Of a DNA stretch of 64,000 nt, positions 54,113 to 64,000 are shown in pieces. This stretch comes from Eledone cirrhosa. Its lineage: Eukaryota. The notes below the pieces were generated by a model, which was given only the letters and a program-made list of their open reading frames with translations, was not told the DNA's origin and made no database searches. The translations under genes and the position numbers were made by a program. The stretch spans positions 31,372,001 to 31,436,000 of the forward strand of contig OZ024751.1 of the NCBI GenBank assembly GCA_964016885.1, written 5' to 3'. Numbering within the stretch: the stretch's first letter is position 1; each line of letters starts with the position of its first letter.

Positions 54113-54819
54113 CTGGCGCCGTTCGCAGTTTCTTTTATCACTGACTTTCCATTAATATCAATAACTTCATCATTGATCTTAATTCTACCATCTTTAAAGG
54201 CAATACTCCCGTCTCTGACATCAATCACTTTTACAAATGTGGTACCTTGTCCTAAAAACTGCTTTATTCCTTCTCTGGTGGAGCCGGTGGCATTTACAGA
54301 GAAATTGTCGTAGTTGCCGGCAGACGAAACTGTACCAGTACCCGAATTAGAAGCTTCTCCAGGCGACGACGACCTCACAGGTTTCAGGGTACATTTCCAG
54401 GAGTCTGTGTTATCAGCTGGTACTGTATCCAAACTAAGTCCGATATCTTCCCCGGGATGACAAAGTAGATCTACTCTGAATATCTGGTCCTTCCGAGGAG
54501 GTTTCGTCGGAGGTGTATTTCTGTGTGAATCACAGTGGGTGCCTCCACCCCGTCCACAACCACCAGTCGGGTCATTTGCCAAAGAATACGACGACGGTAA
54601 GGTACAGGTACCATGTCGCTGACCACCCGGGGACTGGTCAGCTTTGGGAAGGGTACCGTTGGAATATTTCGGGGAACTTATGTTATGACATGGTAATGTA
54701 GCACAGCCTGGTCCCGGTCCTCTTTTACTAGATTTCCTGTTCGTTTTACAATGTCCCGCATTTCCGTGGTTGGAAGACAATAATTTCGTGAAAAATGACT
54801 TCAAGTTAAGACTTTCCAT
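54113..54819 (-). CDS. First coding exon of a PDZ-domain protein (possibly PDZD2/pro-IL-16-like)
   Basis: Non-repetitive ORF with ATG at 54819; PDZ elements IFRVDL..PGEDIGLSL ... VKVIDVRDGSIAFKDGRIKINDEVIDINGKSV; ends at a canonical donor CCAG|GTAAGT (phase 2), so the TAA in the ORF track is intronic. Confidence 0.88.
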
Positions 54820-55515
54820 TGCTGAGCGGTTTTCGTTGTTTTCGGTGAGTGTCTTGTCCGTAATTTGAGCTCTAACCTAGATGGTGGTATACGATAAGAA
54901 ATAGTAGTAGCAATAAAAGACTCTAGCGTTATTTTTCTTGTAGTAAACTTAGGCATTTCCAAAAAACCTGTCAATAATATCATAATGTTGAAAATTTGCA
55001 CTAAACAAACAAATTGTATATATATATATATATATATATTCAAATTCTTTAACAGAATCAAGGTAGAATTATTTTATATATATATTTTTTTTTTCAACTC
55101 TAAATTATAATTTTCGTTCCGAGAAAGGTTTTAAGAATCCATTCGATGATGTTCCCAGCATCAAGTTGCCGTAGCAGACTGAAATATCAGCAGATGTTTC
55201 GTTATAAAGCAGTAAGTTCCATTGCATACAAGGTGTTGCTGAAATAATAGAGGCCAGCATTTTTCATACATACACACATACTATTTACGTATATATTCCA
55301 TGTATATTAGAATGTAATTAATTTTAATTAATTGATTAATTAATCATTTTTTGTCTGGTAGGGAGAAGAAAGACCGATCTGTAAATATTCTGTGTAAGAA
55401 ATAGGTTTTCGTCTCACAGAAACACGAAGTGGTAAATTCCATGACACAACCATTCTGGAAACGTCCACGGAACCAATATCTTAAATATTTTCATTTTTTT
55501 TCTATAACAAACACA

Positions 55516-55564
<49 letters not shown>

Positions 55565-55610
55565 GTATCAATCAATATGTTGATTCAACGTACGAGTCGA
55601 TGCAGTCCAT

Positions 55611-55651
<41 letters not shown>

Positions 55652-58600
55652 GTGTCCTTTTAGGGGATAACAGAAGTTGGTGTGTCTGTCAAGGGGTTCT
55701 CTTTTTCTTCTACCCCCGCAGTACAACAGTGATGCTAATAATATTATATCGCGATATAATTCCTTACTGCCCTGGTTTTATTTTGATTCTTCTCTTCATT
55801 AAGATCCTCTTGACAAATTACATCCTTTCTTCTTCTTCTTCAATGGTTATAATTATGTAATGCAACAATACTTGTGCATGTCATTAAACCGAATCGATTT
55901 GGTGGAAGCAAAAGCTCTCAAAAGCATTAAGTAGGTACTCACACACATAGATATAAATATATCTATATGTGTGTGTGTGTTTCTGTATGTAGAATTATGT
56001 ATATATATGTTTGTGTGTACGTAGAATAATATATATATGTGTGTATGTATTCACGATATATATATATTATATAATTTGATGGTCCTGACAGTAAGGAGAG
56101 ATGGGTCAGATAATGTTAGAGTTAGCCATTAGTAGCATGTGCGCTGGTGTTTTGTGTGTGTTTTAGAGTAACAGCAGCAGTTGGGGAGGATCTCTTAAAG
56201 AACGATGGCAAACAGTGAGAGAGACAGAGAGAAAGTGGTGGGAGGGAAGTTAAGGATTGAAAGAAAAGACACTTGAAGAGCTGAGATTTGAAGAGGACAA
56301 AGAAGAAAGAAAGAAAGACATATATGTGACGAAATGAGAGAGAAGGATGTAAATAGAGTAACAATGAAGTAGAAGATATATATAGAGAGGGGGGGGGGGG
56401 TAAGTTAGATAGCGAGAGATGGAGTTCCAAGTAAGCTAAGGTGGGAAATTCCGACAGGTTCTTCTATCTAAAAGCTGGTAAGCTGCTGTTCCATTTGCAA
56501 AGCAAGTCACATTGTTAAAGAAAAGCTATGGTCGAGCAAGCAGCTAGCACTGCAGATGTATAGAATACAGAAGTGTGTGTATATATATATATAATATATA
56601 TGTATATAAATATAGGTGTGTATGTATGTGCGTGAACATCTATTTGGGCCATGTAAGGGTTTCTCTCTCTTGCACACACTCTCTCTCTCTCTCTCCCGCT
56701 ATCTCAGCAAACGGCGCCAATTCTGATATTACGTTTATTTTCTTATTTCTTCTATCTACGGTTTTTCTTTCCCTCTTTTTATTTTTACTTTACAGGAGTT
56801 GGGAGAAGATTATAGGTGTGAATTGGTTCTGAGATCTTTCCTCCTATATAGTTTGTTTGTGTTTTAGGGGTTGGGACAAGATGATAGGGGTGAATTGATT
56901 CTGAAATCTTTTCCCTCTTCGTTATATATATATATATATATCTGTCTTGGAGAAATCCGACTTGTTGTTATTACATGTTTGTTTAATGTGTCACGTAATC
57001 ATCTTTTAATCTATACACATAAGTGTGAGTGAGTGTATATATATTTATGTGTGTGTGTATATGCATATAGATACATATTTGTTGCTGTTATTACCCTCGT
57101 GTTGCTTCTACAGTTGTAATCCATCATCATCAGTAGTACACAGGGAAGCAAGAGTTTTTACGTTAATGGGCACTTAGCGCACACATATATATATGTGTAT
57201 ATATATATATATCCACATGCTATACGCAGGATTTCGTACATATGTGCAGTCATTCGCACACTCTAGAAAAGGAGGTAAAAATAGAGAGAGAAATATACAT
57301 ACAAGCTTCTGTTTTCATTATCTACGAACAGCAACCGCTTAATTAGTTAGTCAGTTAGTTAATTCGTTAAGGCATTGTGTATATATACATATATATGTGT
57401 GTGTATATATAAGTCGTGTTCACTAACCATTACGGTGATCTAATTTACTAGTCCAACTGACTATACATATAATTCATTAGAAGACCGCGTGTATTGGCAC
57501 TACTATTACTATACATATCTGTGTGTGGAGGAGCTCCGATGTGAGGACCAGTAAAACCACGAATCAGGGTAGTACTTGATGCATGATGCGGTATAGAGTG
57601 GGTATAGTGAAGAGAGAGAATCCCGATAGCGAGCCCACCCGTTTCAACTTCAGTTCCATTTATTTATATATATAATGTTTGTATAGGGTAAAGACCCCCC
57701 CATTCGATCACGAATGACCATGAGTTTTGTACCTAGAAAGTTCCCTTCCCAAGGTGCTCTGTATGTGGAAGACCAGCAGTCACCCATACATAGCAGTCGC
57801 CTCTCCACATGTATGTATAATTATATATATATAGGAAGTGTATTTTTTTTTTATCTCTATCTGTGGTGTAAGTGTGTTAAAATGTGTCTGTTTCTGCCTT
57901 GTAAACTAAAAGTGTGTTGTCCCTTAACTTTTAAGTTTTACGTGTGCATGTGTTAAGTGAGCCTGTCACTACCATACAACGTATGTGTGTCAGTCAGCTG
58001 GCCAGTCAGTCAGCATGTCTGTATGTGTATGTAGTGTTTTTTTGGTGTCCTATGTATTTACTGTATACACACACGCGTAAGTCTTGTCTTGTTTCACATA
58101 TGAATGACTTTATACACTCACGCGTGTATATGTGTTGTTTTATGTCACATGAATTACTACATACATACATGTATGTATGCTGTCTTGTGTCACATATCAA
58201 TGACTATGTATATACAACGTGTGTGTGTATCATATGCATGACTGTATATGCACATATATGTTTCTGTGTGTGTCATATATGAATGACTATATACACGTAT
58301 GTGTGTACGTGCCTTATTAATGACAGTGTACACACACACCTGTGTGTGTGTGTGTGTCACATATGTGTGACTGTATACATACACGTGTATCTGTTGTTTA
58401 GCAGTAAGTCGAACCCGACCGAACAGAAATGTGATCAAAAGTTTATCAGTCCATACCGTCTTTATTATATGTTTAGGATTACATTATACAATGTGTCCTT
58501 TATGGAGCAGCCATGACCAAACTGCGGCCTGTTTGGCTTTTTGAATGACATGCCAATTTTAAAATTACCATGGATGTAAGTAGTAGTGGTTAGTAGTAGT

Positions 58601-58791
58601 AGTTAGTAGAACTAATAAGTGTTTCTATGCAAGTCTCGACGGTATGTTGCAGCACACACACACATATGTGGCTATTGTGTAATTAAAGTAATTATAAAAT
58701 CTATCCTTTGTGTTGTCTCATTGAGATGTATGTATACTCTTCTATGTGTTCCAGCCGACAGGCTCAGGCACCGCCATTTATATATACATAC

Positions 58792-58827
<36 letters not shown>

Positions 58828-58952
58828 CGGGCTGGGGCAGCAATTCATGGTCCTCCACACAAGAAAACTGATCATAAGCTATACATACAAATACATATAT
58901 ATATGTGTGTGTCCTGTTGTGTATGTAGATAGATAAGTAGGTAAGTAAATGA

Positions 58953-59000
58953 ACACCTTTAACTGGTTTCAAGCCTACTTGGGCTTTCATCAGAAGGCAT
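58953..59000 (-). ncRNA. Compact type I hammerhead ribozyme motif
   Basis: Minus strand ATGCCTT-CTGATGA-AAGCC-caagta-GGCTT-GAAAC-ca-GTT-AAAGGTGT; perfect 5-bp stem II, minimal stem III, stem I with one bulge. Confidence 0.65.
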
Positions 59001-60749
59001 GTATACCAGCTTCAGCCAAAATAGACTCAATGATAGCTCTCCATATAGGTCTGTTACTTATTGCTTTGTTGAGATCTTGAACACCAATACCAGAGTCTTT
59101 GGTTATGACATCTGGATAGGGGAGCTTTTGACAGATTTTGGTTTCCAATCCATATAGATCTGACACTCATTGCATTGTCAAGACCTTGAACATTAATACC
59201 AGAGTCTCTGGTTATAACATCTGGAGAGGAGAGCTTGTGACATCTTTGGTTTTTGACAGATTTTGGTTTCTAAAGCACTAAAGGAGACACAGCTTCATTT
59301 GAGCTGTGATAGCAATTGCCTGCAAATGTCACCCTCCTCTTTCACACAATATCAGAAATACAATGTTCATCGTATGTTCCTTCAAGCAAAGATGCATATG
59401 TTCCACTATTGTTTGATAGTCATCAGTGTCCAAGTTTCACTACCATAAAATATAATTAGTTTTTATGTTAACTTGGAAGTCTTACTTTGGAGGAATTTGA
59501 TAGATTGGAATACTAGATTCTAATAAGTTTACTGCATGACTGACCACGTCAAGACTTTTATAGTGTTGGGACCAAGGTATATATATAAGGATGGCTTTAG
59601 AATATTCTAGGAACTTATTTCAGGACGTGTTTTTTTTATAAACTCTATTTTTTTAACTCAGAAGATGCACCATGGAACCAAATCTTGTTTAAATCACATG
59701 CAACCGTCTTTAGAAGACACTAAAAAGGACACCTGTATTTGATTCTCTGCTTACAGAAATATGACTGGATGGTCATGGCTAGAATGTCTTTGATATTACA
59801 TCTGTATGATAAGGTGTGACCTAGTGTTAAACATCAGTAACAATAACAACACTAATGTATTATAGTGCAGCAATGTTGGTTATTTGCAGAATGTAACTGG
59901 ATGGTCATGACTGGAATGTTTTTGATCTTACATCTGCTGTACGATATGATCTGACCTAGTGTTAAACAACAGTAACAACATCACTAATGTATTATAGTGC
60001 AGCAATGTTGCTTATTTGCAGAATGTGACTGTTATGAAGGTGCAGCTGTTTGCATTGACGTATGAAATCTACACATACATGCATATATATACATTCACAC
60101 ACACCCTCTGTGTCTCTCTTTCTTTCTGCCTCTTATACATTCTCTTACTCTGGCTATCACACACACACACACTCTCTCTTCATCTTTCACACACTGATAC
60201 ACATACACTCTCTCTCTCAGCAGGTGTTACGACAGCTGAAGTACTTCTGACTCTTAACGAAATGACTTAACATTTCTAATGAACGGGCTTAAGTAACAAC
60301 AACAACAACAATAAGAACAACACATCACAATAACTGTAACAACAATAACAGTAACAATACAATTTTAACGACAACAATAACAACACAATAATAGCAACAA
60401 CAACACATCCTCGGTTTCGGTGGTGAGTGTTACAGATGTTTGATCGATGGAACATAAAATGATCGTGTAAATGGCTGAGCATTCCACAGACACGTGTAAC
60501 CTTAACGTAATTCTCAGGGAGATTCAGCGTGACACAGTTTTGACACCTTTGAATTACAGGTACAGTCCATGTGACAGGCTTCCTAACAGTTTCTGTCTAC
60601 CTAATATCACTCACAATGGTTAACCCGAAGTTATAGTAAATGACACTTGACCAACATTTCACACACACACACATACATACATACATAAATACACACACAT
60701 ACATGCATACACACACACACACACACACACACATACATACACACGTACA

Positions 60750-61275
60750 TGCAGGGACTTGCAACAATGCTGCAACAATGGAGGCCTCTTGCACTAGGTG
60801 TTACAGTCTTGTTTTGTTGCACTTACAAAAGACGTTTCAGTGCACCAACTGTGACACTCTTTTCCACACTCCTCACAAACAGAAATGCCAAACAATGCAC
60901 AGTAGTTGATAGTGTCCCTGTGTACGTGGCTTCTCTGATGACTTCCAAAGCCCACCCCACTTAAACATAACCAGTCACATTCTTTACAGATTAAATCATC
61001 CTGCATGCCAAGATACAAAGCCCTTATGAGCACACCACATGGGTTGTTCATGCTCAACACGGTTTCTTTCAAATTCTCCTCTTCCATCATGCACTGCCTT
61101 CTTCCAGGAAAGTCTATCTAGAGTGAGGCATCTACCTTGGTGAGCTTTTAATGCAATCCTGGTACCTCAGTTTTGGTTTGTGTGCTGGTCATTTACCTTT
61201 GACCAGCTCACCATACAGGAACTGCCTAGGGATGCAGTCATCATCCATTCTCTCCACATGACCACTCCATCTTAA
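60750..61275 (-). mobile_element. Degenerate RTE (BovB-like) ORF C-terminus with C2H2-like fingers
   Basis: LRWSGHVERMDDDCIPRQFLYGEL..G*PAHKPKLRYQDCIK; CKECDWLCLSGVGFGSHQRSH. Confidence 0.75.
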
Positions 61276-61576
61276 TGTTGAAATATGAGAGACTCTATAC
61301 CGGTATATAAATTTATAGATAGATCTATATGTCAGGTTGCTCTTTAGCGCTACTGGTAACAGGTAACCCAGTACAACCTGTGCCTGGTTGGGTCATGAGT
61401 GACTAAACCGGCAACCCCACGAAGCTTGTTGGTGAGGAAGGTGATTTTGGACACCCTGCGGGTGAAAAACAAAACCTGTCAATGGGCAGAGAAACTGAGG
61501 AGAGTCAGCGGCCATCCAATAAAGTATGTACATATGCTTATATATCATGCACATTTTTATTTATAAACATACATAC

Positions 61577-61609
<33 letters not shown>

Positions 61610-61964
61610 GGTAGATAGGTGGATCTGTAGGTAGGTAGACAGATATGTAGATAGATAGATAGACAGACAGACAGATAGATAGACTAACAGATACATGAAT
61701 AGGCAGGCAGACAGACAGACAGATAGAGCAAGATAAATAAAACTATTTTAGATAAGAAAAGAACAGAAAATGGGAGAGAGAAAAGTGGGAGATTAATTAC
61801 TATTAAAATAGAGTGAAAGCTGGCAGGTGGTGAATAAATCAAACCATGTGATGACCCCTTGATGAACAAGGATTAAAATTTAATGAGCCTTGAAACACAC
61901 CAAGATGTGTCTGTGCGAAAGTGAAAGACAAGTGGAATGGACTTCAGTCAGTTTCAACAAGGAG

Positions 61965-62305
61965 TGTTCCAGTTGTTCACTCAACGGATCAGCCAGCTCA
62001 TGAAATTAACCTTTAAGTGGCTGAGTATTCCACAGATATGTGTACTCTTAACGTAATTCTCAGGGAGATTACACCAGTCTAAAGTTTATCTCAAGTCTGG
62101 AGGGTGACATGGCCAGTGTTTATCCCAGTTTCCACGGCTTTAAGCCCCCAGCTATTGTTGGCACTCATTTTCAGCTGAGTATACTGAAGCAACATGAAAT
62201 GACGTATTTTGCTCAAGAACACAACACACAACCTAGTCTAGGAATCAAACCCACAACATTATGATCATAAATCCAACGCCCTTACCACTAGGCCATGCAC
62301 CTCCA
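61965..62305 (-). mobile_element. Older CORE-like SINE with a third tail type
   Basis: tRNA-like head (reverse complement of CCACTAGGCCATGCACCTCC), CORE-like TTCTTGAGCAA; module GTGGCTGAG.ATTCCACAGA...TTCTCAGGGAGATT also at about 7955, 60470 and 63685. Confidence 0.65.
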
Positions 62306-63629
62306 CTAGCTTACACCAGTACTGGTACTTTATTTTCTTGACCTCAAAAGGATGAAAAGCAAAGTTGACCTTGGTAAGATTTGAACTCAACACAGGGAGT
62401 CGGAATGTATACTGTAAAGCACTCTATCCAATGTTCTGACTCTGCCAAATGATGACCATACAATGGCTTCTAACTTTTATCTTAATTTCACAGATTGAAG
62501 TAAAACTATTGGTAAACTCAAGGACATTTTAGAGAAGGGGTGTTGTAATGGACAGATAAAATGCAACAATATTAAATTTGGTGGATTTACAATCATTTTT
62601 ACCATCCATGAGCTCAGTTGATCTTGCTTGGGTTTCCAGCCAGATCATTTGGAAATGGTTGCTTCTGATAGGATCCTCTGGAAGGCATATGGTTGCTTCT
62701 GATAGGATCCTCTGGAAGGTATGTTTGAGGACTCTGCTCTCATGACCTCCTCAAGGATAAATAAGTTGGCAAAGAAGATTTTACTATGTATAGTATTTTA
62801 CAATGTATAGTATTTTACTATGTATAGTATTTTACAATGTATAGTATTTTACTATGTATGGTAAAGGACCACTTAACAGCCAATATATTATTGTATCCTA
62901 GAGATAGACATGTGTCTTGTATGATTTTTAAGATAAAAATATTTAGAATATGCTTACTTAATGATACCTAGTTCTCTTTTAACTGGGTTAATTTGGCTAC
63001 ACTTGAGTTGACCTAGAAGTTAACCTTATGATCTTTTAGGGTTGTGATTGGATTACACCTAGCAATATATTCTACTTTGTCATTTATTTTAAATAATGAC
63101 TTCATTATATGCTTTATGTAATTTGCTTTTTGTAATCGTTTTGTAACATTGTTAAATAATCATTGTAAAAAGGATCATGTTTATTTTGTCGGTGGGTACA
63201 TACACTTAGAATTTCTAGTTGCCTTCATGTTTTATTTTATATGGGTGTGTGCATCTATGTGTGTTAAAATAACTGATAGATAGCTAGGTGGGTGAACAGA
63301 CAATGAGAGAGTGACAGACAGACAGACAGACATATAGATAGAAACATTGACTCATTAGTAAGAACACTTGTCAAGTCATTGTCATTTGTCTCTCCTCTCA
63401 GATGTTATAGTTGGCATATTTATTTTAATGAATGGGAGTGCTTACCAATTGTTTCTAACAATGGCTTCAGAACAGCTACAACAACAGCAATAGCATCAAC
63501 AATAACAACAATAGTTACAATAACTACAACAGCTACAATAACAACTACAGCAGCAACAACAACAACAATAACAGCAGCAGAAGTAACAGAGCAATAATTT
63601 TCTAATGGATCTCCATCACTCTCGTCATT

Positions 63630-63910
63630 GTGTGTTCCAGTTGTTTGATTAACGGAATAGCCTTCTCATAAACTTAACATGTAAGTGGCAGAGCATTCCA
63701 CAGAAGTGTGTACACTTAAAGTACTTTTCAGGGAGATTCAATCTGGCACCTAACATTTGAATTAGATGTATAACTCATTTCATGTTCGCCAACTGAATCG
63801 ACTGAAATAATGTGAAATGAAATATATTGCTCAAGAACAGAACTTGCTGCTAGGAATCGAACTTATCACCATAAGATTGCGAACCAAACACCCTAACCAC
63901 TAAGTCACAC
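63630..63910 (-). mobile_element. Older CORE-like SINE with a third tail type
   Basis: Same modules as 61965-62305. Confidence 0.6.
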
Positions 63911-64000
63911 AACTTTACTTGTAACCTAGTAATGTTTCTTATTTCAACAACTACAAATCTATTTCAACACATCTCTTGCTCTATCCTCCAGAGTAACACT

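Overview
AT-rich, microsatellite-saturated eukaryotic genomic DNA. The repeat repertoire is consistent with an octopus/coleoid cephalopod; this is inference, not verified. Almost all ORFs in the supplied track are translations of (TA)n/(CA)n/(CCA)n repeats and are not genes. The only well-supported host coding sequence is a minus-strand exon of a PDZ-domain protein (54113-54819). The rest is a nested mobile-element landscape: two RTE-clade LINE families, CR1-like and Tx1/L1-like LINE fragments, a Penelope-like element (GIY-YIG endonuclease ORF), two tRNA-derived SINE groups, a TTAA-flanked piggyBac-type MITE family, a Tc1/mariner MITE and several minisatellites. The most interesting signals are: (1) at least eight type I hammerhead-ribozyme motifs, two of them with greatly extended stem II arms (about 30 bp in the Penelope-like element) and a multicopy family with a non-canonical U before GAAA; (2) a C4HC3 PHD-type finger inserted inside the reverse-transcriptase region of both RTE families; (3) modular SINE/LINE 3' ends sharing a covarying terminal stem-loop, with one LINE family carrying a SINE-like body in its 3' UTR; (4) Tx1-like LINE copies that appear to target (GATA)n. 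All structures were folded by eye and need computational and biochemical confirmation.
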